From: Escherichia coli
GTDB taxonomy: Bacteria > Pseudomonadota > Gammaproteobacteria > Enterobacterales > Enterobacteriaceae
Length of the DNA stretch: 64,000 nt
NCBI RefSeq assembly: GCF_044324875.1
Contig: NZ_CP172186.1
Reading direction: 5' to 3' (one strand)
Shown: one piece after another, positions 40,701 through 51,117 of the stretch
Layout: each line of letters opens with the position of its first letter
Numbering within the stretch: position 1 is the stretch's first letter
Notes under the pieces: model-generated
Told to the model about the DNA's origin: nothing
Database searches by the model: none
What the model saw: only the letters and a program-made list of their open reading frames with translations
Translations under genes and position numbers: made by a program

Positions 40701-41823
40701 TTAACTGTGCGTTCATGACATGCTGAAAGTCGTCCCGTCCCCGGCTGGCGTCCAGGTCATTGAAATCGGTCAGTCCCTGTGCTTTTTCCTCCTCCGTAAA
40801 GGCCGGAATAATGACTTCGCCATTCGTGACTTCTGCGGCTTTTGTTGCACTAAAAACCCCCTTGTTAATTTCCCGTTGATGATCGTTGTCGGCACAGAAG
40901 ACAAAGGGGCTGTCAGTCCAGATTTGGCGGGCATTTTCTGCCACGGCAATCATATTGCCGGCATCAACTGTCATCAGAACCGGAAGGCCGGTGGCTTCGT
41001 GCAGGGAGGCGGCAGTAGCGTAACCTTCCGCAAATAACAGGGGACGGCCATTTTCCGGGGTTCCGAAGGTGAACCAGTTGCCGGTTTTCTCGGAGTCTTT
41101 CAGAATGCGGGCATCCTTCCCGCCGGTGACCGGAATACGCTGGTACGAACGTATTTCCCCCCGGCCGTTGCTGAAGGGAATAACCAGCTCATTTTTATTG
41201 TTCAGCCGCACGCCAGGCGCGGCCCGGATGCCCTTGCGCGTCAGGTATTCATGTGCTGTTGCCTGTGGCAACCCGTTAATATAGGAGCGGGCATACCGGG
41301 CCTGTTTGTTGTACTGTTGCTGCAGTTTACGTGCGTTATCATCGCGCTGTTGCTGAGCGAATGCCCGCAGATGCAGTCTGGCCAGAGGATCGTGTTGTTC
41401 TCCGCCGGAAAATACCCAGTTTGTGGGACTGTCATCGGCGCTCCGGTAGTCGCGGTACCAGCCAGCGGGGCGCCCATCAAGATAGGCTTTGTATGCGCCA
41501 CTTTTGGCCCCTTTTTTGTCATCCCGGGTGGCGACTCTGTGTATGGCGCCATCCATCTGTGGCAATCCCTGAATAACCAGCCCGGCGTTTTCCAGGACCT
41601 GAGCAAATTCGGTGACCGGATCGCCGGCATCCATCGACAGTTCCTGCGGCCGGGGTAACCAGCGCTCCAGCAGAGAAAGTTCGGTACCTGCCCGGGCATA
41701 CCAGAGTTTTTTTTCTGGATCCCATGCGACAGCTTTGCGGCCATTTAACGGGGGTACTGCATTTTTTACGGCTTCTGTCTCCTCAGGCGGGACAGCAAGC
41801 CAGGTACGATATCTGGACTTCAT
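37792..41823 (-). CDS. sogL: Conjugative DNA primase (Sog-like; Toprim domain, repeat-rich linker)
   Basis: 1343 aa, Toprim-type CADNDH acidic motif, position between traK and traL. Confidence 0.75.
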   Translation of the reverse strand: MKSRYRTWLAVPPEETEAVKNAVPPLNGRKAVAWDPEKKLWYARAGTELSLLERWLPRPQELSMDAGDPVTEFAQVLENAGLVIQGLPQMDGAIHRVATRDDKKGAKSGAYKAYLDGRPAGWYRDYRSADDSPTNWVFSGGEQHDPLARLHLRAFAQQQRDDNARKLQQQYNKQARYARSYINGLPQATAHEYLTRKGIRAAPGVRLNNKNELVIPFSNGRGEIRSYQRIPVTGGKDARILKDSEKTGNWFTFGTPENGRPLLFAEGYATAASLHEATGLPVLMTVDAGNMIAVAENARQIWTDSPFVFCADNDHQREINKGVFSATKAAEVTNGEVIIPAFTEEEKAQGLTDFNDLDASRGRDDFQHVMNAQLKHIGIPTPNSDTADHREAVVIGNLIFTPVKDEKPQMSPENKQSTAPETVLATPDTPYDIHTEETENQAYEDDYAAYASLQSVTTETLSPDKPLENIASAADTGTENTSAATAGDQEDLNTDATGTDTAHNTNTAETGTLPEPAEIQPVQKSSPEPTAEDKPQESVIPAADTGEKNASATTADNQSVQAEELSPGDDTPETSVSDATGTQHTTTTQTEEQLQVSMASADDWSAFAEDLNADATVMTTAHHTDTTETASPSEPAGTQPVQQATPEATAENKPQEEDVLSATDTSEKSASAVPDNNRDAPPEELNADATVAATVHNTGTAETASPSEPAETQPVRQATAEPTAEDKLQEERPVSATETSTANEAAHPETPSLFSRLRRFLTGGKSRTSEPSVIQEKKPTEAETATEEVAPPSPPENSPEDTSSTEPDTIIFAPRRPDSPQRHNLDEIIKNLEHEELPDNTALYRVDGEPAFLDKLNRLEMVDGASADDKKVLAALAVATNFYGGVIELTGSDAFKQKAMQLIVEYDIKVRMKLPTQRAALEKLRQEKGMAHDAIVTHRPTPELNRLSPEETTMAQPAPPVSPKAETEQTAGSTAETPHPEAPVTAKAEAPRADTPEQPAAPSSSAGNVAVSAQPQQPDTPEEEPPGKLRPGESVTAVLTNYGEKEYAPGKGRCFFVELTNRSGKREYWGKGLEELVKNHQKGDPVTLTLQARERSPSSQGKPEWVRNIWTMKPVCNGISVSHDNPHEGQYIREYPAATFRQMMTLLQQGWPQLMQDVRLPDKVPDTLYLGEDRQPAAAPRDPALRVPLNGTPPATLTPLIFSVDKQSQRLDLLLLQSADEYMQGVVRLNGTLYPALATPTADSRQLVINAMTDRGLQFSGYGEAINRDADGPKRPAPQLMQFHLKQQDSPLFAAIHKPEEQPDKLFRSLGFEQTWKEWSDSQKAEDRQEKTLQQAQSHSPGR
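39550..40450. repeat. Degenerate tandem coding repeats (~70-110 codons, at least three copies) in the primase linker
   Basis: Repeated LNADAT...ETASPSEPA.TQPV.QAT.E.TAE.K.QE blocks; mirrored by similar antisense ORFs; boundaries approximate. Confidence 0.6.
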
Positions 41824-41886
41824 GTCGTTCTCCGGGGATTAAAGATGAGGGCGTTGTGATACGCCGGGATGATGGACAAAAGAGGG

Positions 41887-42177
41887 CTATTCTGGTCCGT
41901 GCCATTCACGGGGTAATTCTGTGCGGTGTCGGTACCACCAGGGACGTCCTGATGCCTGCTTACCCTGAAGCAGGCTGTACAGACGTATACAGAGGGTGCG
42001 GACTGTCCAGCCGGAATATCCCAGGAGCATAAAAAACAGCAGAATGCCGCTGCACACCCAGAATGTCGTTTTTGACGGATACGGAAACAACAGCAGGTAA
42101 ATCATGGTAAACGGCAGGGGGACACCATAAATGTTGAGCGGTGGAGTTACATCCCGCCAGAAGCCTTCGCGTTTCAT
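41887..42177 (-). CDS. traK: TraK small inner-membrane protein
   Basis: 96 aa, two TM helices, stop/start coupled to traJ; by synteny. Confidence 0.45.
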   Translation of the reverse strand: MKREGFWRDVTPPLNIYGVPLPFTMIYLLLFPYPSKTTFWVCSGILLFFMLLGYSGWTVRTLCIRLYSLLQGKQASGRPWWYRHRTELPREWHGPE

Positions 42178-43385
42178 CGGGGGAACTCTCCGGCCGGGAT
42201 GAAGAGCGCTGCTTCTGATTTCTCAATGCGGTCGTTCTGATACATGGTCAGAACCTGATCCCTTATCCGCCGTTTTTCCTGACGAATGATTTCGTCAATG
42301 TAATGTCCCCATGTTGCATGGGATTGTCCGGAGAGCGTATTGCGCAGTTCGTCAGTCATGACGATGTATTCCCGGACAGCCTGCCTGCCGCCGTCATTTG
42401 TTCTGACCAGTACCTGCACCAGAATGAACTGTACGAGGGAAAGCGTGGCTGCAGCCATCGAATCCCTGATTTCAGGAGGAAACAATCCCAGCAGGCGGGC
42501 AAAGGTTTCTCCGGGTGATTTTGTGTGCATGGTGCCGATACAAAAGTGTCCGGTATTACCCGCCTGGACTGCGGCATCTGCTGTTTCATAATCCCTGATT
42601 TCACCGATACCAATGATGTCCGGATTACGGCGAACGGCAGAGCGAAGTCCTGCAGCAAAACTTTCCACATCGCGCCCGATTTCGGCCTGATGGGGAGGCA
42701 GAAGGTCATTCTCTCCGCCCAGAATGTATTCCACCGGATCTTCATAGGTCACTATTTTGCGATCGGGGAAATTTTTCAGAATGTGGCGATACAGTGCCGC
42801 CGCCAGTGTGGATTTCCCGGAGCCGGTTTCTCCGCAGATGAAGCCCAGGCCGGTTTTTCTGAGCATGGCATCCAGCAGATCCGGTTCAATATTCATAGTG
42901 AGGATGTCCGGAATATCTGACGGGATCACCCGCATGGTGACGGAAATGGCTTTTTCTTCTGTTGCCGATGTTCCCTGTATCAGGTGGCAGCGCAGGCGAA
43001 CACGCTGACCTCGTTGCAGGCCATAGCGACCGGAGGCATCTCCGCTGACCTGAATGGTACGATCCACGGGATGACCTGACAGAACCCGGGGAAGAACCTC
43101 CCGCCCAAACAGCTCATCACTCAGTGCCATCATGATGGAGGACGGAAGGGGATTTACGGATGAGCGAACCCGCCGTCCAAAGCGACTGACGGATACCGGT
43201 GAACCGCCGGTCAGATCAATATCACTGACGCGGTGGCGGGCACACCAGGCAAAAAAATGGCGAAACTCTTCTGCCGTAAAACGGGAGAAGGGGAAGGTAC
43301 CGAAGTCATCTGGTGATATCATTTTTCTCTCCTTCGGTGCTGACAAGAGGGCGCCAGCGCGATTTCTGCAGCGTAAATTCAGCAT
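42174..43385 (-). CDS. traJ: TraJ secretion ATPase (DotB/VirB11/PilT-class)
   Basis: 403 aa, Walker A GETGSGKST. Confidence 0.85.
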   Translation of the reverse strand: MLNLRCRNRAGALLSAPKERKMISPDDFGTFPFSRFTAEEFRHFFAWCARHRVSDIDLTGGSPVSVSRFGRRVRSSVNPLPSSIMMALSDELFGREVLPRVLSGHPVDRTIQVSGDASGRYGLQRGQRVRLRCHLIQGTSATEEKAISVTMRVIPSDIPDILTMNIEPDLLDAMLRKTGLGFICGETGSGKSTLAAALYRHILKNFPDRKIVTYEDPVEYILGGENDLLPPHQAEIGRDVESFAAGLRSAVRRNPDIIGIGEIRDYETADAAVQAGNTGHFCIGTMHTKSPGETFARLLGLFPPEIRDSMAAATLSLVQFILVQVLVRTNDGGRQAVREYIVMTDELRNTLSGQSHATWGHYIDEIIRQEKRRIRDQVLTMYQNDRIEKSEAALFIPAGEFPR

Positions 43386-44142
43386 GTGTTTTCAGGCGGC
43401 GGACGCGATCGCCAGTGATGAGTTTTTGCCCGTTGCCGGTAACCGTCTGCATCTGCTCTGTGACATCTGGACGTGTGATCATGCCCTGACGCCACAGAAG
43501 GGCGTAAAGCATCATGCCCCGGTAATCACGGGTCAGGCGCTTCTGATTAGCTTCCAGTGTGAGATCTGCGTTGAGGCGCCCTTCCTGCCATCCCTGACGT
43601 AAGGCGTTTTCCCATAGTCTGCGTTGTGCCCGGTCTTCCGGCACAACCCGGCCTTCAGTGCCTGGTGTGGCGGTGGTTGAGAGTCCTTTCAGCAGCCAGT
43701 CACGCCATCCAGGAGGATTACTGACAAAGCGTTCCGGGCGGAGGATAGTCCAGACACGGGAGGCTGTTCTTATCTGGTCCGGTCTGATGTGTGCAACATC
43801 CTGCGCTTCATCGATAACAGGAGGCAGCCAGCCTTCCTTGCTGATGAGAGGCCGGAAATCATACAGGGCATTCAGGGTACTTTCCCGGGCATTCAGTGCC
43901 TGAATCAGTTCCCATGAGCGCTGTGCTTTTCCACCACGGAATCCCAGCGTTCTGCCGGCATCCGTGAGCATCTGACGACGGGTATCTGAAATACCATCAT
44001 CCTGGTTGCCGGAGGGCGTCAGCCATGCACGGATATCCGGGGGCGGTGCGTTTTCTGTCATGACGGCAGAAGAACGGTGATGCTGTCCGGCACAGCCTGT
44101 AAGCAGGAGAGCAGACAGCAGGAGACACAGGTGTGTTTTCAT
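43306..44142 (-). CDS. traI: TraI lipoprotein (DotC-like)
   Basis: Lipobox LLLTGCAG; 278 aa. Confidence 0.65.
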   Translation of the reverse strand: MKTHLCLLLSALLLTGCAGQHHRSSAVMTENAPPPDIRAWLTPSGNQDDGISDTRRQMLTDAGRTLGFRGGKAQRSWELIQALNARESTLNALYDFRPLISKEGWLPPVIDEAQDVAHIRPDQIRTASRVWTILRPERFVSNPPGWRDWLLKGLSTTATPGTEGRVVPEDRAQRRLWENALRQGWQEGRLNADLTLEANQKRLTRDYRGMMLYALLWRQGMITRPDVTEQMQTVTGNGQKLITGDRVRRLKTHAEFTLQKSRWRPLVSTEGEKNDITR

Positions 44143-44591
44143 TTTTTCTCCGGCGTCATAAAAGACAGATGTAAACGCCCGGCTGACTGCGAGAGTGTTG
44201 CCCGCCAGGCAGTCTGGGCTTCAGTGAGACGAAGGACATCAGCAAAGGTCATGTCGCGGACGTGCAGTGAGACGGGTAAGGGGAGACGGACGCCGCTGTA
44301 GCTGAACTGCTGGCCGCGCAGACGGGCCAGTTCGTTGAGCAATTCCAGGGCATCGCCTTCCCAGTCAAAGGAAACACGGTCGCTGTGAGCCTTCAGACTG
44401 CCGCCGGACTGACGCTCCGGAAGGGCTGCAGAGTAAATTCCCTGCCCCCATAGCTGATACTGCGCATGCCGGGCGACGGCGACATCAGAGGCAGCACCAT
44501 ACTTTCTGGTCGGAGCTGTATTATCCGGGGGGAGATGGCAGCCGTTCAGGCAGAGTACGGCGAGACATCCCGCAGGTATCATACGGTTCAT
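44139..44591 (-). CDS. traH: TraH lipoprotein (DotD-like)
   Basis: Lipobox LCLNGC; 150 aa; ATGA coupling to traI. Confidence 0.65.
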   Translation of the reverse strand: MNRMIPAGCLAVLCLNGCHLPPDNTAPTRKYGAASDVAVARHAQYQLWGQGIYSAALPERQSGGSLKAHSDRVSFDWEGDALELLNELARLRGQQFSYSGVRLPLPVSLHVRDMTFADVLRLTEAQTAWRATLSQSAGRLHLSFMTPEKK

Positions 44592-44949
44592 GGTGTATTT
44601 TTCCTGAGCAGTGAAAGAAGAAAGCGTTGTGGGGAGGATTTACTGGTTCGTGTTTTTGCTGAATGGCTGGAACACCTCAGAGGGTGACAGTGCTACCCGG
44701 ATACAAATATCGTTTGCTATCACGATATTACATTCGTTAGCTGTCGGATCCCGGAACGGTTCCACCATAAAGGCTTTGTTTTCGATATGCGTTTTATTTT
44801 TGTTAAACATGCATTTCCTCATGCGAAAATGATATGTCAGATAACAGCCAGATCAGAGGCAGCACTACAGGTCTGGCTGTGTCGTTTGATGGTCGGAAAA
44901 CGCGAGGATGCAGGTCTGGATACCCCGGTCAGTACCGGGGCAGAGATGA

Positions 44950-46152
44950 TCAGAATGTGAACTGCAGTTGTGCAACGGCACCGTAGTTGTTGTCTGTGCC
45001 TGCTATACCCGCCACATCAATATGGACGACATCAAATGGTGAGATACCCAGCCCGGCGGTGAACGCACTGCCATCATTGCTGGCCAGATTCTGGCGGTAG
45101 CCTGCACGTAACTGTGCCCATTTCCAGGCATTAAATTCAGCACCAATGGCAGCAAACTGACGTTTACTGTCTGATGTGAAGCCACTGGCCGGGGTCAGGT
45201 CAACATCCAGTGCTGTAGTGAACATGTCGTTGTGCCAGGAGACACCGGCAGTCACCTGCGGGCGGATCCTGAAAGTTTCAGTGACACCGTTCACTTCTTT
45301 TGTCTCAATACTGCGGGGGAGCAGGTTCTGTGCGACCAGACCCAGTGTCCAGTTGTCATCCAGGTCCATGCTGGCCCCGATATCAGCGTTAATGCCGTTT
45401 CTGGTGTTGTGGTAACGGTCGCCTTTGAAAGCGCTGCTGTCGTAATTTTTAACCAGCACGTTGTAGCTAAACAGGTCAACACGCTGGAATTTTGGTGTGA
45501 AGCCCAGAGACCACTTTTGTCCGGCCGTTTCCAGTTCAGTAGCCAGAGCAATACCCACATCGGTGACCAGTGCGGCACGGGCAAAAGCCTGAGAGGTCAG
45601 TCTGTCTTTATCCACATCCTGACCGTTACTGTTTGCAATGCTTTCCAGATAGTTCAGGTCGGCATCACTGACTTTACCGTCGACACTGACCGTACCGTAG
45701 CTTTTCAGCATCAGAGCGGCAGCGAGGGTGTCACCGGGAAGAGTCGCCACAGCAGATGTTCCCACCTGTGCGTCAGCATGCGTGTGACGGAAGTCCTGAA
45801 GTCGCGTCTTCAGACGTGCAGCAGTCTGCGACACGTTGCTCTGACTGTCGATGGCACGATCAAAGGCTTTCCAGTCATCACTGATTTTGTCTGCGTTGTC
45901 ACTGATATTACCCGGATCGGACAATTGCCCACCAACGGACGGAATCAGAAGACTGAAGTCATCTTCCGGACCGGCTTTTGTCAGCAGGGCCGGGTTTGCC
46001 AGAGGTGCCACACCGTAGTGAGAGGAGGCTACCCCGGTTCCCCCCATTGCATCATTGCGGGCTTCAAAATATGAAGTTGCGGCTGTTGAATTAAAGGAAA
46101 ATAAAACAGCAGATGCGATGAGAGTTCGGGTAATGTGCATATTCATCATCAT
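44950..46152 (-). CDS. Outer-membrane beta-barrel protein (traG/traF position)
   Basis: Signal peptide after internal Met, alternating-hydrophobic strands, C-terminal aromatic QLQFTF. Confidence 0.55.
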   Translation of the reverse strand: MMMNMHITRTLIASAVLFSFNSTAATSYFEARNDAMGGTGVASSHYGVAPLANPALLTKAGPEDDFSLLIPSVGGQLSDPGNISDNADKISDDWKAFDRAIDSQSNVSQTAARLKTRLQDFRHTHADAQVGTSAVATLPGDTLAAALMLKSYGTVSVDGKVSDADLNYLESIANSNGQDVDKDRLTSQAFARAALVTDVGIALATELETAGQKWSLGFTPKFQRVDLFSYNVLVKNYDSSAFKGDRYHNTRNGINADIGASMDLDDNWTLGLVAQNLLPRSIETKEVNGVTETFRIRPQVTAGVSWHNDMFTTALDVDLTPASGFTSDSKRQFAAIGAEFNAWKWAQLRAGYRQNLASNDGSAFTAGLGISPFDVVHIDVAGIAGTDNNYGAVAQLQFTF

Positions 46153-46241
46153 TTCAGTTTCCTGGTTTGAGGTGTTTTGGGTACAGCAACGGTATGACAC
46201 GACTGTGCCATTAAAAATTTACTGGTTTTTTCTCTGCGTTA

Positions 46242-47063
46242 TTACCAGGGTAATAACGGTATACTGAATAACTCAGCAGGTAATATTTTTCCTGTCATCA
46301 GATATTCTGCCTGTGCCGGACGAAGCGTTACGGTCCGGACGGATGTCTTTGCATATAAATTGCGGGCAGTGTGAAACCAGTTTTCTTTTTCCTTATTCAT
46401 TCTTACAGGTGATAAAGAAAGTACAGGATAAATGATGGCTTTATTAATTTCTTTTTTCTTGCGGAACAGTACACCGCAATATTCCTGTGAATGAACACCG
46501 GCAAAAGGAAAACTGTGCCAGATAATAATATCCACATTATCGCTGGCTGAAATAAGCTGGCAGAACGCATCCTGTGTTGCTGGCCACTCACCGGCACGGC
46601 TTAAAGGATAACGTACCCTGCCGTTCAGCCATTCCGGGTTGAGATAAAACCAGTCAGCCAGAGCAGTCAGAATCTCTCCTGTCAGATAATCTGCGAGTTT
46701 GTCCGGGTCACGGAAAACGGCAGGACGGATATTCCAGGGAGCCAGTAACGTTGTCATCGTTGTTACGCAGACATCATGTGCCTGCATGATGTGTTCTGTC
46801 CGGCAGATAAGACGGTGAACGATGTTTTCAGCCGGGAGAAACATTTCAGTTAATGCATCTTCGACCAGGATACGCGTCAGGTCGGATACAGAAAGGGAGA
46901 GTTGCTCGCTCATTATTCCGAGTGCTTCTCTGACGCCCTGCGGATAACGGATCTGCAGGGGAGTGGACTGCAACTGGCGGTTATTGAGCAGAGCTTCACT
47001 AATCCGGGCCCTGTCAATGGAGAGCATCATGCGGGCAGCAATGCCTGTGCTGTTGGGTTTCAT
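46242..47063 (-). CDS. Hypothetical protein (tra-region, traE/traF position)
   Basis: 273-aa ORF; no recognised domain. Confidence 0.4.
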   Translation of the reverse strand: MKPNSTGIAARMMLSIDRARISEALLNNRQLQSTPLQIRYPQGVREALGIMSEQLSLSVSDLTRILVEDALTEMFLPAENIVHRLICRTEHIMQAHDVCVTTMTTLLAPWNIRPAVFRDPDKLADYLTGEILTALADWFYLNPEWLNGRVRYPLSRAGEWPATQDAFCQLISASDNVDIIIWHSFPFAGVHSQEYCGVLFRKKKEINKAIIYPVLSLSPVRMNKEKENWFHTARNLYAKTSVRTVTLRPAQAEYLMTGKILPAELFSIPLLPW

Positions 47064-47322
47064 TTCACCTCCGTGCGGTTCATATGTTAAGTCTAAAGAG
47101 CGTGTTTACTGAACGGAAACGAGTTATTTCGATCGTTATGATCGAGTGTGTTTCAAGAGTGCTTTTAACTCTGTTTTAAGCGTGAATGAAAAGGATTCGG
47201 ACAGGACGTGATTTAGTATGCCGCTGGTCTGGCATTATGCTGCAGAGCAGACGGAGTCAGGAGATTGAAAGTATTTCGTTATATAATCTTTTCCTTTTCG
47301 GGATGAAATCAACGAGGTTCGT

Positions 47323-47643
47323 ATGAAAATTAAACAGCATAAAGAAAAACTGGAGATTATAAGGGATATTATTCGAGAGACGCTGTTGGGTAATGCTGCT
47401 CTTATTGTTCTGGCAGCCATGGTTCCGGTTGTACTGGTGAAACCATGGGATTCGATGACATTTATTTTTATGGGGGCCGTGTGTGTTTCTTTTGCAGTCA
47501 TTCTGTTTTGGCTGGTTTATATAGTTTGTTTGTATATAGGAACGCTTGTAAAGAATATTTTTATAAGGATTTTTGCTTTTTCTATTTGGGCCCTTTCTGC
47601 TGAGGGGGCAATTATTTATAACATGATAAAGATATTATCATAG
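47323..47643 (+). CDS. Hypothetical small membrane protein
   Basis: 106 aa, 2-3 TM helices, AT-rich, opposite strand to backbone. Confidence 0.35.
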   Translation: MKIKQHKEKLEIIRDIIRETLLGNAALIVLAAMVPVVLVKPWDSMTFIFMGAVCVSFAVILFWLVYIVCLYIGTLVKNIFIRIFAFSIWALSAEGAIIYNMIKILS

Positions 47644-47734
47644 AAAAGTTGTTTATATATTGGCTCTATGTAAAAAGAATGGTACCTCTGCCAGAGTTCC
47701 CGGCGTTATTTTTATGTGTTGGGGCCATGAATGT

Positions 47735-48055
47735 TTATTTGGCATCCCTTATCTCGCCCATTAGCAGGCGGATACGCAGCCAGGTGTCATGATCCAGAAC
47801 AGGTGATGGTGTTACCATGCAAGCACAGTGCCCGATGGCGAGCGTATCAAGGAAGCGTTTTGCATCGCTGGCACTTTCATATTCACCAGTATGGATCAAC
47901 ATCCACCTTTGCCCCAACGCTGATTCGGTGTGAATTGGTTGCGAGAATGCGATTGTGTAAACGTCTTCAATTGTAACGATACGATTATTATCCGCAGTGG
48001 CTGCACGGGAGGATAAGTGTTTCATAAAGGGTCTCATAGCGTTAATTTTGAACAA
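47735..48055 (-). CDS. Hypothetical protein downstream of rci
   Basis: 106-aa ORF; no recognised domain. Confidence 0.35.
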   Translation of the reverse strand: MFKINAMRPFMKHLSSRAATADNNRIVTIEDVYTIAFSQPIHTESALGQRWMLIHTGEYESASDAKRFLDTLAIGHCACMVTPSPVLDHDTWLRIRLLMGEIRDAK

Positions 48056-48066
48056 AAATTATTTGT

Positions 48067-49236
48067 TCAGGAGGAGGATATGAAAATACTGTTCGCTTTT
48101 GTCATGAACTGGCTGTTTGTTAACGGACAAATCATGACCCGTTCATCAATGTTTGCGGGTAGCTCGCCTGGTGTGGGGACGCGTTCACCCCGCTGAGCAG
48201 CCTGGGCCAGTGCGCGCAGCAACAATACGCTGGCGTGAGATATTGCCAGTTCCCGGGTTTCAGCACGGCTTTCAAGGTCGAAATCGTGCAGTGTCACAAT
48301 GAACACTCCGTTTCTGTTTCTGACAGTTGCAGGGTAGGGAACAAAATAAGGGGAAATTTTGCTGGTCTGTTTACGCCTTGCATCGAGTTTACTGACCAGG
48401 TGATATGCCCGGAGATGTGTGTACCGTTTCAACATGTTCAGGGAGCGGTGACCGGAAATGGCTGCAATCTCCATAACGTTCAGTGTGCCGAGCTCGAACA
48501 GACGGCTGATGGCCTCATGGCGGAGATCGTGAAAATGCAGATTTTCTATTTTCAGATCCAGAAGAGCGGTACGCCAGGCGCTTTTGAAACCGGACGAGGT
48601 GTAATTGAACACATTGCCGTTTATCTGTTGTGGCAGAATTTGCAGGTAGTTACGTGCTTTCCGGGAGAGTGGTACGTCGCGTGGTGAGCCATTTTTCGTT
48701 TCAGGAAGATGCGCCACGCCGTGCTGCAAATCGAGGTGTTCCCAGCGTAATGAGAGAATTTCTCCCTGGCGCATTGCTGTTTCCAGAGCCAGATGGAAGA
48801 TAACGTAGAGCTGCGGATTTTTGTCCCTGAAATAGCGGGAAAGGCGGCGTTCTTCACCAGAAGTCAGTCGGCGGTCGCGGCCATTACTGATTTTCGGTTT
48901 TCGGACCAGTTCAACAGGATTCATACGGCATGTTCCCCATTCCACACGGGCGATATTGAATAATGATGATAAAAGGGCAAGTTCAAGACGGACGGTATTT
49001 CCGGTGATTTGACGCCCTGTTCGTGGGTTAATTTGAGCTAAACGCTGATCCCGGTAACCGGCGATATCAATGGTAGTGATTTCATCCATATAGCGCTCGG
49101 CCATAGGGTGACGTTTAATCACATTGACGCGATAAAACTCCTGCAGATGACCTTTTTTATGGACGGAAACGGTTTTCAGGTATTTGTCCAGCGCCCGGTT
49201 GAGAGTCATTTTGCGAATTTTGATTTTTCGAAACAT
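48067..49236 (-). CDS. rci: Shufflon-specific tyrosine recombinase Rci
   Basis: Tyrosine-recombinase C-terminus (HDLRHEAIS...[14 protein letters not shown]); adjacent to 19-bp repeats; start taken at MFRKIK since the ORF-track start overlaps a repeat. Confidence 0.85.
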   Translation of the reverse strand: MFRKIKIRKMTLNRALDKYLKTVSVHKKGHLQEFYRVNVIKRHPMAERYMDEITTIDIAGYRDQRLAQINPRTGRQITGNTVRLELALLSSLFNIARVEWGTCRMNPVELVRKPKISNGRDRRLTSGEERRLSRYFRDKNPQLYVIFHLALETAMRQGEILSLRWEHLDLQHGVAHLPETKNGSPRDVPLSRKARNYLQILPQQINGNVFNYTSSGFKSAWRTALLDLKIENLHFHDLRHEAISRLFELGTLNVMEIAAISGHRSLNMLKRYTHLRAYHLVSKLDARRKQTSKISPYFVPYPATVRNRNGVFIVTLHDFDLESRAETRELAISHASVLLLRALAQAAQRGERVPTPGELPANIDERVMICPLTNSQFMTKANSIFISSS

Positions 49237-49298
49237 ATCTGCCTTCCACGATAAAAACGGGGAAGGTAGGAATAGTGAAACGGAAATGCAATATCGCC

Positions 49299-51117
49299 GT
49301 GCCAATCCGGTTCGTGGATTAGGGTATCAGGTAGCACTGTTCTGACAGGAAAAATCGCAAATGGAGAACGACTACCTTTGCCGTCTGGTTTTTCTGCCAG
49401 CCAGTGTACCTGGAGCGTCAGCAATGCTGAAAACCCGCATGGCTGGAAGCCAAATTACTTCGCAGGTTCTGTTGCGACATATGATTCGAACAGGATTGTG
49501 AAGTGTGGTTACTACGATGAATACAATTTTCACGGCGGTACAAACAGGAACGACCTGACGGGGAAATGTAGTTACATTGTGGTTTGCCAGTAAATCACTT
49601 TGTCATTGGCAAATGGCATGTACAGTTATTTTTCCAATGATGTGTTCTGTCGTATCGCAATAGCCATACCAGGCATTATTGTTTACAGGTATTGAACGGA
49701 CAAGCCAGATAAAGCCAATTCCAGAGCTGCATTCTGCACCACCCCCGATCACCTTCTTACCCATTGGGCAGGTGGCAGTAGCACCAGGCCAGCGGAGTTT
49801 TGATGCTGTTACTTTGACGATTTCAATATCGCCTTTTCCTGCATTTTTCCACGAACCGGATTGGCACGGAGGCCAGTGCCAATCCGGTATCTGGACAACG
49901 ACAAAAATGAACTTCACTACCAGTACATACAATATCGGGAAAAATACTCGTAATCTGAGCATTGGCGTACATGCGTACTGCTCGTGGACATACCTTAATG
50001 GCTCGCCTTTTGGTGGTTTTCAGCAGATATACGCCGACCAAAACAAGGTTTGGTATGTGAATAATTATGCGTGGGGAAATTATGAGTCCGGTGGCACAAT
50101 TACAGTGACATGCCTCAACCTTCCTGGTGCCGGAATCTAACCAAAAGGGCAACAGTAAGCATCGACGTGCTCTTCATCAATACCATCTCCGATGCCGTAC
50201 ATTCTTGTACCTGTCATGACGTACCCGGCAGGGCACTGAATCGGCTTGTAATAAATAGAACCTCCACTTCTGCCACCGATAAAATGTGCGGAGGTCGCTT
50301 CATACCATTTACAGGCAGAATAGTTCACTTTATTGCCTCCAAGCCACAAACCGGATTGGCACTGGCCTCCGTGCCAATCCGGTGTGTGGGTTGGCTTTGA
50401 ATCCTACCCTGTGGGAAGCCCTATCCCGTGGCCATCTGCCACTCCTCCACAAGGCTATCTGTTGATGAACGGCCAGTCGTTTTCCTGTTCCCGGTATCCT
50501 CAGCTTGCCCGTGCTTATCCTGGCTGTAAATTGCCCGATCTGCGCGGTGTTTTTATCCGTGGCTGGGATAACGGGAAGGGACTTGATGGTGATCGGAACA
50601 GACAACTCCTGAGTTATCAGGCCGATCAATCAGGCGTCTATCACGAACGTGGCGGATGGCTGAAAGGGCATCATAGTGGTATGCCATACTGGGCACAGGG
50701 GAGTACCACAGAAATGCGTCCCAAAAATATTGCATTCAACTACATTGTTAAAGCCAGCTAGGGACTCACATCTGATAGGCATACACAGAGAAAACACCGT
50801 TACCACAGGCGTAATTTTGTGTTGGTCTGGAGATGATTTGATATGACGCTCCCACTGGCACGGCAAATGAAATAAATGCTGTCTTTCCGTAGGAGGGGTT
50901 ATTGCTGGCATTCATACCAATGAAAGCGCCGTTCACATAGCCCTGAAGATTTGATGTGTTGGCGCAATCACCGCCACCGGCACCATTTCCACCGGAAGCG
51001 TACACAAACAAAGTTCCTCTGCCGTTATTTCTCCCGTTAAATGTTCCCCGGTGAGAACCCAGATTGCTGTAACTTCCGTCAGGTGCACCAATCGTTCGCC
51101 ACACACCGGATTGGCAC
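49299..51117. repeat. PilV shufflon: six 19-bp repeats GTGCCAATCCGGTNNGTGG bounding three invertible segments with convergent alternative pilV 3' exons
   Basis: Repeats at 49299-49317(+), 49849-49867(-), 49876-49894(+), 50345-50363(-), 50371-50389(+), 51099-51117(-); overlapping ORFs on both strands. Confidence 0.85.

Noticed and set aside
37792-41823. Large repeat-containing surface adhesin or toxin (1343 aa with Pro/Thr/Glu-rich repeats)
   Set aside because: The N-terminal region has a Toprim-type primase acidic motif and the gene sits where the Sog primase lies in IncI-type transfer regions; the repeats are a linker.
49378-50761. Cluster of short overlapping ORFs on both strands as independent genes
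   Set aside because: They are alternative 3' exons of pilV within shufflon segments bounded by 19-bp repeats, not free-standing genes.
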